Assembly (NCBI GenBank): GCA_951804945.1
Contig: OX638151.1
Location: 84,506,001-84,570,000 of the forward strand
Length of the DNA stretch: 64,000 nt
Reading direction: 5' to 3'
DNA from: Podarcis cretensis
Taxonomy: Eukaryota
The notes beneath the pieces are model-generated. The model was not told the DNA's origin. It saw only the letters and a list, made by a program, of their open reading frames with translations, and ran no database searches. The position numbers and the translations under genes are program-made. This document shows positions 26,738 to 40,490 of this stretch, one piece after another (position 1 is the stretch's first letter; each line of letters begins with the position of its first letter).

Positions 26738-29449
26738 CAGCAAATAACAGGGAACGGATCTTTCTAATGTGTCCACATGGCTCGTATGTGGATACTACCT
26801 CTGTATCTTAGATAATGCTTGCATCCCACACAAAAACCCAAATCTACATGCAAAGAGAATCATACACAGAGACAATCGTGTGCACATACAGTCACATGCA
26901 CACACTGGGGATCCAACATTTCATTGATTGCAAAACATCACATTGGTAACCCAGCTGGGAAAGAGAAAACAGGTAAAATATGGAAAGGTGCAACTCTCCA
27001 AAATGATTTCTATAATTTGGGATAGTTTTCAAAGAAAACCAATCACTCATAAAACATGGAGGACATTTCAGTTAAAGCCAGAGGTTCCATTGAGAGGGAA
27101 TGTAGCAACTCCTGGTTTTCTTTATATTGCTTTGCCTCTTCACCTGAGCTCTGCCTTTCCTCTTAATCAGGAAATACAGTCTGTGCATTTCTACATATGT
27201 TGTGATCAGGAATAGGGTACTGGTTTCCCAGAGGTTCTGTGGAAAATATCAAAATGTTGGAGCATTGGGTAGAAATTGTTGCTGTGCATTGTTTCTAATG
27301 CACACTTGTCTAGTGCCAGGGGGAAATCAATTCTGTTTAAATGGCCTATCAGTGGTTAATGAGATCATTCTACATTGTCTTAGTATATATGAAGCCTGAA
27401 CAACTTGTGACCCATTTAACCTGTGGCAGCCCACCAGCCATGTAGTGTGGTTTACCAAGTGACCTCTTGTTTCTGTATTCCCAAGGAGAAAAAGCTCAAA
27501 ACAAGAAGCTTACTGAGCGCTGAGAAGATCACCACCTATGGTTGGCAAGCTGCATTTAGCATGATGTTGTACACATCTAATGCCTAGCTTTCCAAAGACA
27601 TGTGTCCATCAGTACAAAGTTCCAGGAACCCAGGCTACTTGATGGTGTCTTTCTATGGTGTTTTTTCCGGGCATTTTGATCATGCCGATTGTGTGTGACA
27701 TTTGTTCTGCATTTGTTCCCTGCCCCAACTCCAAGTCCCTAGTCCTTAAATTACTCTAAGGCTCTTTCCAAGACATGGATCTATACTGTCAATATGGAGT
27801 CACGCTGGCTGCACTGTTCACTCTCCAATCGGCAAGCCGCCTGCCAAAGACAAAGTATGGACAGCAACGTCCAGGCATCTGTAACAGTACTTTAGCGACT
27901 TGCCTCTCAAGCTCCCTATTGTTTTATGGATTTTGTACTTCTATCCAAGTAATAAATCACCCTTAAGAGAAAGGTAATGTAAGGGCTATGATTTCAAGAT
28001 AATATTCCCGAGGAGTGCCTGAACTATTTACAATCCTTATATAGTGTGAAAGGTATTTAAAGAATGTTTATATCTACAAAGACCATCTTGCACAAACAGT
28101 TCCAGCCCTAATACTGGACAGGATGGGAAAAGCTGGATACAGATGATCCTTCTATTGTAGTCTTCTTTCAAAGGCTTCCTTGTTTCTGTGTTAGTCTGTG
28201 ATGAATATATGGCGAGCATGTGGAATATTGAGCCATTTGGCTGTGTTCATTTAATAGTAAAATGAATTATTATGCTGGATTTTATATTGTAGGGTATGCT
28301 AGAAGATAATAGTTCATACTACAAAGATCAGTGAAATGGCCCTGTGTGACACCTGCAGGATTCAAAATGAAAACATAAATTAAGGACACGTTTACATCAA
28401 TTGGTGATATAAAGCTTCCTGGGAGGTCCAGGGTTGCTACTGGGCCAAGGTCACCCAAAGCATGATACCCAGAAATGTACGAACCTTCCAGTGGTCCTGC
28501 CACGGCCATTCACTCAATCACAGTAGCTTTGCAAAGCCCAGTGCATTTCACACCTCCATGCATGCCTGGCTGGAACTATGAGTAACCTTGGTGTTCTCAG
28601 AGGCAATTGGCCACCTGAACTTTCTGTAGATCTTAACCCCATGCTGACCCTGTGAAGAAGCAACAGAGCAGAGGGTTGTGCTTTTGTTTCCCACCACTGC
28701 TGCATGTTCACCTGCTCTGACACTGGGAGCTCTTGACGCCATGTGAAACAAGTGGTCATGGGCACTGTTGGTGAGAAATCTTTATATCTGGGTGGGGAAC
28801 CTCAGGATCAGCTTTCTTTGGGAACAAACCCAAACTGTGAAGCTTTCTTGAGCTGTTTCTGCTGCTTTTTCCATCACGTTGCCATACAACACCCCCCCCC
28901 CCGACGCCATTTTAACATTTGAAAACCAGGACATCACATCAGGAATTTTCCTGACACATGACAAACCTAGAAAAGCAGCATTGTGCTCTATCTAGTATAC
29001 CTTACTCCTCTTTGAAAATGAATGTAGACAATATTTTATTTCCTGTGGTTAATTACTTACCCACGCTTGGACGAACTGTCAGCCTTTTTAAATGTGCTTG
29101 AAGAAACATGGCACTGGAATAAATGACTAGCCCTCTTTGCTTCTGGAAAGTATCTCACTGAGAAGGCATCAGCCTCCCACTCCCCCTTGTTAATTTGTAA
29201 AAGTAAGACAGCATCTTAAGCTTATGCCGATAATGTTCCAAGTACCAGGAAAGGCCAGAGTTGCCTTGCCTTTGTTCAGCTGACAGGTTCCTTTAAATTT
29301 CCATTTCTCTCTCCTGCTTGGATGCCCTTTGCTTTGTTACTGCACTTTCAGTTGACTACTGCCACTAACTACATGTGTTTGTTTTCTTAGCAGACAAACA
29401 AGTGCATATGAAAAAGAAGACAGTGTCGGGAAAGATTAAAAAAGCACGC

Positions 29450-29481
<32 letters not shown>
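29450..29481. repeat. (CA)n microsatellite
   Basis: Direct reading. Confidence 0.95.
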
Positions 29482-29814
29482 GAAAGACACAATGTGGAGG
29501 ATGTTATGCATTCTAAACTTTCTCTGATCTGAGTTTCTACTTTGCTCTCAGGCTCAGCCAAATGCTTTCAAATAAAGCTCACAGCATCACAGGTAGATAA
29601 TGATGGCGGCAATCGCCTGGTGTCTCATTTAGAGCCACTATGAAGTATGGGGGATGTCTGTGCAGTTTGCCAGCATTTTGGGTTCCTGTACTTACGGGAA
29701 GCTGTGGGTGTCTGGAGGCAGTAATAGGTTGGATGGGAGACAATAAACTGAAGCGGAATCTTGACAAGGTTTTGGTGCTGCTGGCAACTGGGTGAAGGAA
29801 CTGTTCTAGTTTGT

Positions 29815-31129
29815 CATAAAACAAAAAGAGCCTGCTGGATCAGGCCGTCTTGGGCCATCTAGTCCTGGTCTCACAGTGACTAATCAGATGCCTGTGGGAA
29901 ACTTGCAAGCCGGACCTCAGAATAAGAGCCCTCTCTCCTCCTGTGGTTTCCAGCAACGGATATTCAGAAGCACACTGCTTTGCATGGTAGTGGAAAAACA
30001 TACCCATCATGTTTGGTTGCCACTGATAGCCATTTTATCCTTCATGAATTTGTCTAAAGCCATCCAGGTTGGTGGGAGTGAGTTCCAAAGTTTAACCATG
30101 CACTATGTGAAGAAGTATTTTTGCTTATCTGTCCTGAATCCTCAGTCAGTTTCAGTGGATGTCCCCAAGCTCTTGTGTTATGATGGAGGGAGAAAAATGT
30201 TCTTCTATCCACTCTCCCCATACCACACATAATTTTCTACACTTCTTCTTTTTTTTTTTTAATAATTTTTATTAACTGGCCAACCACATCAAATTAAATC
30301 ACATCGTATAAATTCCGAATTACAAAGCCAAATTTTTAAATTTTGTTGGATTTTTTTTAAAAAATTTTGTTGGGGGAACCCATACTTCAAGATCCAAAGG
30401 GGAATTCAGATCATCTTCTTATTACTGCGTTAATGTCCAAATCAGTCCCAATCAGTCCAAACAAAGTTCATAATTCTATCTAGTCTTATCTTGGTGTTGC
30501 CACATCATATCTTGTTCGTATAATTTCTCTTTTTCCTTTACGATCTCTTCTGTTAGTCTCCTTAAGCCGATAGCAAGTGTAATAATCCTGTGTGGATTTC
30601 CCGTTCCTCCACTAAGTCCAGATGGTTTCCATATATCTCCTTCGTAGATAACATCACTTTTTCCATCGTAAATTTTGGCATTTGTCGCTCTTAAGTCCCA
30701 CCGAGGAGTTGATTCACGATATGTAAACAACTCTATTTCTCTCTTTCTCCTCCCAGACCCAAGAGCTCCCACAATGCCTCACAAAATGGCGAACGGCATT
30801 TTTTCCTGACTGCGTCACTCCAAAACTCTTAGCTTTCCAGCTTCATCTTGAAACATTGCTTTGGATCGAAAGTTTATCTCCACACAGCCTTAAATCCACA
30901 GCTTAAGTCCTTAATTTCTGACTCATTAGGGGAGGGGGATTCTTGTTAAGTCACATAAAAAGGTAGAGGCAGTTTTTCTACACTTCTACACTTCTACAAT
31001 TTTCTACACTTCTATCATGTCTCTTTTTGCTCACCTTTCCTCTAAATTAAAATGCTCCATGTTGTAACTTTTCCTTATAGGATAATTGCTTCATCCCCTT
31101 GATTGTTTTGGTTTGCCCTTTTCTGACCT
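29815..31129 (-). mobile_element. Older CR1 3' portion, split by the 30247-30972 insertion
   Basis: aagagcctgctggatcaggcc..ccatctagtcc 3' end, then ORF2 C-terminal remnants (tgtgaagaagtattt..; atccccttgattgttttggtttgcccttttctg). Confidence 0.8.
30247..30972 (-). mobile_element. Poly(A)-tailed retro-insertion, probably a non-autonomous L1-dependent element
   Basis: Poly(T) at 30249-30260 followed by aataatttttatt, the same 3' terminus as the L1 at 17243; TSD aattttctacacttct at 30231-30246 and 30998-31013; carries a 98-codon ORF with no RT motifs. Confidence 0.7.
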
Positions 31130-31143
31130 AAATCCATTGTGCA

Positions 31144-31920
31144 ATAAGTAAGAGCATAAGAAGCTACCTTCTGGATCAGACCAAAGCTCCATCTAGTCTA
31201 GAAACCTGTTTCACCCACTGGCTGGACAAATCCTTCTGCAAAACACATCAGCAGGACATGAAGGCAATAGCCCTTCCATCTTGTTGAAACCCAGTCAGTA
31301 TTCAGAAGCACACTGTCTCTTAACATGGAGATTCCATTTAGTTATCATTACCCATAACAATTGATAGATCTGTCATGTATGAATTTGACTAATCTCCCTT
31401 TACCACCATGCCCACATTTTGTGGTAGGGAATTCCATCAGCTAGTTAGAGAAGTGTATGATTTATTTATTTTTCATCTGTTTACTGCAAATTGACATAGG
31501 AAGTTGCCCTATACCAAATCAGACAACACGACAAATCTGCTTTTCCAAAAGGCTGGGCTTTTTGCAATAAGGAAAGTGATGGAGAAATTCACTGGGAAGT
31601 CTGGGATAACGCTTGCTTTGACACATCATCTAATTTCCCCACAAACCAATCAGAATGAATGCTCATTAAATATCCAACATCATCTAATCTTCTTGCCAAC
31701 AAGTCAGGATGAAGTGTCCTGAGTGGGGGGGGGAGGGAAATCACTTTCCACTTTCTCCACAAAACACACTATTTGATGAACCCCTCTCATGTACCCCTTT
31801 GGTCACCTCTTTTTTCCTAAGCTAAAAAGCATACAAATCCTTTAGTTTTTCTTTGTACAGGAGCTGTTCCAACCCTTTGATCATTCAGAACTATTTTTTT
31901 CTTTGTTTTTTTCCCCAATT
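31144..31920 (-). mobile_element. Second older CR1 3' fragment(s)
   Basis: ataagtaagagcataagaag..ctggatcagaccaaagctccatctagtc; ORF2 remnants at 31730-31920. Boundaries approximate. Confidence 0.65.
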
Positions 31921-33509
31921 GAACATCAATTGTGAGGATGTGCCTCAAGACTTTATGCAGGATTTTTGCCCATCTTTTTGATTGTGCTCAAGCTTCCCCC
32001 TAGTCTCCTTATGTGAGGTGTTGTTTAGGCAGGATGAAAGCCACTGGAGATGTAAAAGATATATTGAATTTCATTCTGCCAGTCCCATGGACAGAATGAA
32101 GTTAACTTTGATTTTGCTTGGTGTGGATTCAAAAGGTCTAATAAGCAGCAATGGGCTTAAGATGATCTTCAAAAGAAGGTAACAGCTTGCAAATAAAAAC
32201 CATAGCACTTGGATACATTTCATTAAGTACTGTAAGGGTTATATACTTGCCAAACCAGTCATTCTGGGAATCCCCCTTTTCCTAATAAGGGTTGTTTTGA
32301 AGTTTCTTAATCTTTGCAAAGTCACTGCATTTAACGTATCCATTTCCCTTGGCTGAAATCACTTAGAGAGGGTATATTAACATCCACCTTTTGCTGAACA
32401 AGCATTTTGGTTTCAGGAAAAATGAAGCCTATGATTCTAAATACAATTTCTTGGAAGCCATTTACTGCAGGAATCAGAGGAGCAGAGCATCACTTCAGTG
32501 TGTTTAAAAGTGAAGTGCCACTTCTGCAGGTTTCAAAGAAATCCTGTGACTTTTGCATATAGGTGCACATGCTTTTCCTTTATAGAGTATATATTCTATG
32601 TGCATCCATTGGCTGTGTTTGCATCTCAAATAACAAAATGAATTGGGGTGATTTGGCTCATGATCTCATGTCCCCAAGTCAGGTTGTACCATCAGCAAAG
32701 CATCCCAAAGCAGACCAGGGACTTCCTAAGCTTCCCAGCTGCTTTGTGGCCTCACTTCTTCTGAAAAGTTAAATACACAACCAAATTTGATTGGAGCAGC
32801 AGTGAAGGCGGACAGGCTCCTGAGCCCTTTTGTTTGGTGCTGTTTTCTGGGTCTAAATCTCCCCCTACCAAAACAAAATGAAAATTCCCTGTTGTGGGCC
32901 TCATAAGAAGGAATGGGGAAATACAGGTTAACAGTGACTTGGCAGAGAGGAAAGGCATTTAGATTGGGGGAAATGGTGCTGGGGAAAGGGTTTTAGCTTA
33001 CCCCTCCCCACTCGTGGTTTCTTTCAAATAAAAACAAAAACACTGGGAGATCTAATCACCAATCTCCCACATAAATGTGTTGTTTGGTCGACATTCGGGA
33101 GCTGATGAACACCGATAAAAAAGTGGGACTGCATCAAGTGACTTTATGGAAATTTAGCTGGTAATACCTTCTGTCTCTGAAGCTCACTGTTTAATGATTA
33201 GATATCTTTATTGTTCCCTTTTCATCCTGCAAGATGTTTTCGCTAAAGTGCTTGACGTTTTGCTTTGGGGTTTTTTTTTGTGTGTGTGTGCAAATTCTAT
33301 GCCAATAAACTGTGAGAATAGTTCAGTTGGTAACAATTAAGAAAACGTTTGTTTTATTATTAAAATTTAGTTCTGTTAGACAAAGGAGAAGCAGGGGAAG
33401 GAGGAAGAGAGAGGCATTATTTTAAATCTTTTTATTTAGCCATTGCAACACCTTATGTGTTCTGGGTCACCATTCAACCCTGTTCACCTTACCCTAATCA
33501 AAGAAATAA

Positions 33510-33865
33510 GGGATGTGGGTGGTGCTGTGGTGTAAACCACTGAGCCTTCGGCTTGCCAATTGGAAGGTTGGTGGTTCGAATCCCTGCGATGGGGTGAGCT
33601 CCCGTTGTTCAGTCCCAGCTCCTGCCAACCTAGCAGTGCGAAAGCATGTCAAAGTGAAAATAGATAATAGCTACTGCCCTGGCAGGAAGGTAAACAGCAT
33701 TTCCATGCACTGCTCTGGTTTTGCCAGAAGCAGCTTAGTCATGACCTGAAAAACTGTCTGCGGACAAACATCAGCTCCCTCGGCCTATAGAGTGAGATGA
33801 GCACGCAACCCCAGAGTCATTCGCAACTGGACTTAACTGTCAGGGGTCCTTTACCTTTACCTTTT
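33510..33865 (+). mobile_element. Sauria SINE, older/diverged copy
   Basis: Head gggatgtgggtggtgctgtgg..ggttcgaatccc, tail cctttacctttaccttt, degenerate TSD taatcaaaga at 33495 and 33866. Confidence 0.9.
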
Positions 33866-35667
33866 TAATCAAAGACAGAGGCATATACATCAATTCACAG
33901 AGGCATATACATCATATGATTTCTCAGTATTTGATTACTGTAACTTGATGACTAAGCAGCTGCAGCGGCTGAATGTGTGGACCTTGCCTGGTCTTCTCCA
34001 AGCAGCTGCTCTGTAGGGAAGATACTTGCAAAAGAGCCCCCTGAAGAATTGACACCACCTCACTCTTGGTAGAGAGTGGCTGGGGGGGAGACAAGGAGAT
34101 GCAATATTTCCTTCTCTGGTCATGCTCCTGGTCATATGTTTAATTGAGGACCCCAGATCAGGGCCATGGGCCAGATGGGGAGATGTGAACAGCCCTACTC
34201 TCAGCTCCATTAACAAACTACAGCTGACTGTTCAAAGTGGTATGAAACTGCTTAAACGTATAGTGCAGATGGGGGCCTTAATATGGACCTCATTTCTGTG
34301 CAAGGCAGGGATAAGGAACCTGTGGCTTTCCAGAAATGGCTGGGCTCGAGCTCCCACAAACTCCAGCCAGCAGGGGCAATGATCAGGCATAACAGGAGAC
34401 ATTGGTCAATTTCCCTGAATTATAGGAAGTCTATAAGCCAGAGCTTTGAAAAACATCCTTTGTGTTTGCATTTTAATTCAAGAGCACGTATTAGAGACTG
34501 ATTGATTGCTACCCAAGAAATTAAGGCAGGAAGAACGAGATGGGATTAATCCTAATGAGTGCATTTCGTGTTGCTCACATGTAAGCATCGTTTCATTTCG
34601 TTTCCCTTTGGTGTCACTGGAATGGTTTCATCAAGATGATCTCATGGAAAATCATCTCTTTGGCTACATTTCTTCCCACTGCTTCAAGTTTGAAAAGAAT
34701 TTAGGTCATTCATAAACACAGAGAGGTGAATGATGGGGGGTGTGTGTGTGTGTTAAACAACATTTGTTTCTCATTTTTAAAGTCCCAGATTCAAAGCATT
34801 TTAAAAAATGTGATTGATATTCCAAGTGCACCCTATCTTCCAGGTGTCACCCTATCGAGACTGTGTCATTTCATCAGAGATCCAGTTCTTTCAGGAGGAA
34901 TGCTAGTGACTTGCAAAACACTGGGAACCATGCCAGTGTAACTGGGAAAGAACTGTGGAGGTGACAGAAGAGTGGTAGGTGGGTGGAATAGCAAGAAAAA
35001 TAACTAATATGCCATCTTCATATTTACTGTTTTTCTTGCCCCCCTCCCTTGTCTCACTATTTTTGCCCCTTGGATGAAACTGCCAATTTCAGATTCTAAC
35101 CTTTTCTCATTTTTCCAATCTTTGGTTCAGGTATCCACATTTCCATATCAGTTTGCATTTTTAAAAAGGGTTCTCATGAACATCCACCAGCATTTTAGTG
35201 CAAATTTCTCCTAATACACACATTTTTGTATAAAGAGGTGAGGGAGAATTGCTGGAGATCATCTCAACCCATGTTTGGCTAGTGGAAGACTCTGCTCTGT
35301 CAAATAGTTTTCCTTCAGAAAAGAGGGACACCGAGAGGTGTGCATCATTAACACAAAAAAGTGTCTTGATGCAATTATAAATGCAGTTACTTCAGGATTG
35401 TCCCTTTTTGCAGTGTTTTATGAAAATGCATGTGCACATTAGTAAAGCAGAGGATGGAGGAAGATGCACACGAACCCATGTAACTAAGCATGTTCCAATT
35501 CTGGAGTTAATTTTATAAACGGTTCTGGTTGCACCAGTATTTTGGAGGGGTGGAATGGGAGGTATAGTGAAGCAGCAGGACAATAAAAGAATAGGGGGAA
35601 AGGGTATCATCTCATCTCTTTCTGTGAAATTACAAGGGATCTTGGGATACATGTGCACAGCTTCATA

Positions 35668-36030
35668 AAGGTAAAGGTAAAGGTACCCCTGCCCGTACGG
35701 GCCAGTCTTGACAGACTCTGGGGTTGTGCGCCCATCTCACTTAAGAGGCCAGGGGCCAGCGCTGTCCGGAGACATTTCCGGGTCACGTGGCCAGCGTGAC
35801 ATCGCTGCTCTGGCGAGCCAGAGCCGCACACGGAAACACCGTTTACCTTCCCGCTGGTAAGCGGTCCCTATTTATCTACTTGCACCCGGAGGTGCTTTCG
35901 AACTGCTAGGTTGGCAGGCGCTGGGACCGAGCAGCGGGAGCGCACCCCGCCGCAGGGATTCGAACCGCCGACCTTTCGATCGGCAAGCCCTAGGCGCTGA
36001 GGCTTTAACCCACAGCGCCACCTGCGTCCC
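35668..36030 (-). mobile_element. Sauria SINE, full length, young
   Basis: Highly similar to 19841-20246; (ACCTTT)3 tail; 14-bp TSD tgcacagcttcata at 35654-35667 and 36031-36044. Confidence 0.95.
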
Positions 36031-36596
36031 TGCACAGCTTCATAGGCACCCCTAAAATACTGCCAGCCCAGCAGGGTCTCTTGTGCTATGGAGGTTCCTG
36101 CTGCATAGGAGCCAAAAAACAAACATGTGTTCCCCATAACGGTAGCTGCTGCCTAATACCAAAAGAAGGAGAAAAAATAGGGATTATATATATATATATA
36201 TATATCACGTACAAGATGATAAAGCTGCAAAATACACATAGGGATAATGTCTGCCCTTTTGTGGCCTGAATTTCTGTATGTACTTTCAGTTCCCAAAGTA
36301 AGCCAACTTGTCACTGTAAAAAATGGACTGCATATTTATATTGTGGCGCATCTTTGAAACTGAGAAGCAGTGAGATTTTTACCATGCACAGGCTGATAGT
36401 AATAATGTTATTTCTGCAGCACCCTGACATCTGCCAGCTGATGCTTGAAAAGTTTTCCATAAAAATGTGATTATACGTATGCAATAAAATCTAGCCATAC
36501 AGCCAACACATAGGATTTACTGGATCAGAGCAGAGGTCTTCTTGAGGCTATCTGGTCAGCTAGATTCTTCAAATGCTTTAGTAGAATTCACACAGG

Positions 36597-36804
36597 TAGG
36601 GCTGGCCCTACCATAGGCAGAATGTGGCAGCTGCCTCGGATAGCAGATTCTGGGGATTGGGGTCTTATTGCCCCTTAATATGGGGAGGATGTCTCCTTCT
36701 CGATGAAATAGTCAAGGGCCTGTCCCGTCAGATTCTGTAGGTCTAAACTGGCTTGCACAGTCTTGTCCTTTTCTTCAAGCAGCAAAATGTCTTGGGCCAG
36801 CCTA
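36597..36804. mobile_element. Degenerate hAT-like MITE
   Basis: tagggctggccc ... gggccagccta termini. Confidence 0.55.
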
Positions 36805-39800
36805 GCATCCTGTATCAGCTCTGCTACTGAGTTCCATAGCCAATCCCTGCTGGAGACTGTGAAACCCAGGATGCAACCTTACAGCCGGATCCAGCTTCCT
36901 AATCTTGTATTACACCTTGTGCTGATGCTTTGGCAAATGTCAAACTGTACCCACAGAGAAAAGGAGATTTTGTTTGTAGCCCATTAAAAATAAGAATTCA
37001 GTTTCCCTGCACAAGCATCCTGTTGTCCTCTGGCAACAATGCAAGTCTTACATTCATCCTCCATGTGGTAGGAAGAGGGTTAAATAATGTAAAGCAAATC
37101 AAAAGAGAGCTGAAGACTGGATGTATTTACTTTTCATTTATCTGCAGACAATACATACAATTTGGAGGATTAATAACCGGAGCCTGTTCCAGAACACTGA
37201 ATCCTCTCATATTTAACCAAGCCTGAACTAACTTTATTTTTACTACCCTCCCTGTGAATAAGAAAAATATGCACTCAAGGCACTCTCGCATTCCCCTATC
37301 ATCATTCTTTCATCAGGAACATTGGGACAATTCTTAGATGTTTTTCGTTAATATTATGATATGGTACATTTCAGCAATGTATGTGGAATATTCTACTATT
37401 CTACTATTCTACCCTGGCCAGACTAGGACCTGTGCTGTAGAACCATTTATTTGGAATTTCCCAGTGTAAAATGTCAATTTAATGGGAACTTGTTGATGTG
37501 CTCATCTTATTCTCTTCTGTAAGCTTTTTAGATTAATTTGTGGTATAGTGGTTGCCTTCTTATTGATCAATCAATAACTAAAACTGGTCAATTTGTGGTA
37601 GGGAGGGGATGATTTTATGACCAGAAGAATAAAAAATTGTTGCAAATGAAATAATATAGCTCATGCATTAATTTAGCATTGGTCCCCGAGTGTAGCAATC
37701 CAACTCTCAATATTAACCTTTCAAGCATATTTAAGGATCTTGGAAAGCTCAATTTTTATATGTCTACATTCACGTCTCGTTAAATCATTCTACTCACTTT
37801 TTAAGAGACAATTTGCAAAGCAGGATAGAACTGTAATCTGCTAAATGATTTCAAAAAATATACAGGAGTCTGGTGAACCCTTTACCTAGAGTCAAACCAG
37901 ATGTGTTGCTAGTCACATCATTTGACTTTGCATTGTTTTATATATATCCCCAAACAGACAACATGGCAGCCTTGAGCTGAATCAGTACCATGTCATGCTG
38001 GACATGCAATGGTTGAGCTATAACACTTTGTCCCCTGCTGAAACCCTGGTCTGAATCAGAAGGGTGGGAATGTTTACTATTGTCAATGGGACAAAAGCAC
38101 CCAATACGTGACACTAATGAGTAGTTTACTCCCATTGTAAACAGCAGGTACAAGAGGCCCTGATTTGGAAAATGACTACAGTGGAAGTGAAGTGAAGCCC
38201 ACCTCCATAATCCTGATCCAACTCATCCCTTACTGTGCTGGCTATTTCTTTATTTAAAAGAAGCCTACAAAGCCAAATTATGTGAGTAACATCACATCTG
38301 GTTTGGCTTTTAAGTGCAGGGTTTGCCACTGAAGCAAACAAGGGACTGCTTGTGGCCCATGAACAACTTCTGCCCTGCTCATAGGGAATGCTCTTATCCC
38401 ATAATCCTTGTGTTTGGTAATCTTTCTGCTCATGACAAACAGTTGTCTGAATTGCTCACCATGATCCAAATAAATATCAGTCCATATTTGCAAAGTTGAC
38501 AGTGGCATGCAGAATAGCAGCTGTTGGTCATGGTCAACCATTTAGTCAGCCCATTCACTAGAAACAGGAGGGACAAGTAGCTACCACAAGCAGAACAAGG
38601 ATATTCATTTACATTCCCATGAGGGTCTTATGCACCAATTTTGAGGAGGACTTACCGTGTGAACTGTACAAGTAGATGTGATTGCAGCATTTCCTACAAA
38701 ACTTTATGGTGTTACCACAGTCACCAACCATATTGGTGTGTGCATATACTTGTGGGACCATATGGCATCACCTCCACACAACTGGATGTGTGTGCCTGAG
38801 CCTGGTGGTAAACCAAAGTGAATTAGATATTGCCAAAGAACAAAATTCATTGCACCTGAATGAAACCTATGCTGACTTCAGGCATGTCGTCACTAAATTC
38901 GTCACTACATCACCACTGACCCGAGTCCAGGTGTTCCTCTAAGTTCTCTGCAATTTATTTTGCTGGAACATTGCTAGTCAATTACCTCAGAAAGAGTTTT
39001 GCGACAACATTTGTTAATTGTTCAGATTCTCAGCTAGATTCTGAATGTAAAACAAGGTACCATCTCGATTGCAGCCATCTTGATGACACACACACACCCC
39101 AGTGGAAAGAACAAAGGAAGGGTTTGCATTTTGTCCATGCCTTTTCTTGTGTAGGAAGATGAAGAGACGGTTAATACGGCTAGCAAGTTAAAGCTGTTTA
39201 GTCTGCCTGGATTCCTTATCTCTCTCTACTGTTAAACCCTATGGCAGTCATCCCATTGACTTCAATGACAGCAAATTGATAGATAAAGGAAGCAGGGTAA
39301 TATATCTGTAGAATAAAGGTATTGCCGGGGCTGGGAGAAGCTGAGATTGAAAACAGCTGCAGTGAAAGTGAATTATTAGCATCTGTGTTTATGTTGTTTT
39401 AAACTTGCGCAAATGAAAGCATATGTTTCGCTGTACTCTTGTACATTGCCAGTTGCTTTGCCCTTACTTGACCTGGTTGCGTTCATTGTTTTACACAGTT
39501 TCCAATTGGGAGAACTCTAACTCTTTTAATACTGGTGACCTTGTCCAATCAGCACAGAAGTATCTGCAAGCCCATATCCAAATAAGTAGGTAGATGATTC
39601 ACAGAGGATGTGAATGGTGATTTGTAAGGAGACATTAATATCCCCCGTATCCACATCCACCCAATCCCCATCTTGTTCTAGGAAAACATTTCAACAAAGA
39701 TCCACTCACCAGCAAAAGTTAAGGATGATTAAATACCATTGATTCAAATGAGAAATTTGGAGCATGTGCTTAACTCTTCCTCAGTAGGACTTTCAAAATG

Positions 39801-40343
39801 ATCACTGGCAATATAATGTAACCTCTGGCTGCACAGGGTTCCTAATTCAATTCCCCTTCAGACCTTCTGCCTGAGCAAAAGTCTGGGATGAAGCCAGTGG
39901 GGAGACACTGGTTGCAGGCCCAGAACATATATGCCTCTCACACCTCCATGCATTCTTAGAATACACTGTTAGAGCAAATAGGGCCACACCACAATAGATA
40001 CATTGATCCGTTAGAGCAAATAAGGCCCTATCCCACTAACTTCAGCCACCCTGCACATGCCTGCCCCCCACATGCGTCTTATTTACAACCAGTCCAGGGA
40101 GTCTCCTTAGTCTCAGTGCTGCTTCTGCAGAACTCCAAAAGAAAAGTAAGGATGAAGCTAGAATCAGCTGGTTCCATCTGTCATTGACTGCGGCTCCACC
40201 TATCGCTGGTCCCCCTGACTTCTCCCATTCCAGGACCAATGAGCGCCAACAACCACTGGAATACATAGAGTGTAGCTTCTGAAGCAAGGTAATAAAAGAA
40301 GGAAATGAAGCTCCCCTCTTGTTCTTGCTGTGTCATTTGAGGC

Positions 40344-40490
40344 CAGTGGCGTAGCGTGGGTTGTCAGCACCCGGGGCAAGGCAAGTAATTTGCGCCCCCT
40401 AACCCGTGGATTTGCGCCCCCTAACCCTAACCCCCAGATGTTGCGCCCAGTGCGGCCGGCCCCCCCTGCACCCCCCACGCTACGCCACTG
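40344..40490. mobile_element. Young hAT MITE
   Basis: Perfect 17-bp TIR cagtggcgtagcgtggg; perfect 8-bp TSD tttgaggc; CpGs intact. Confidence 0.94.
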
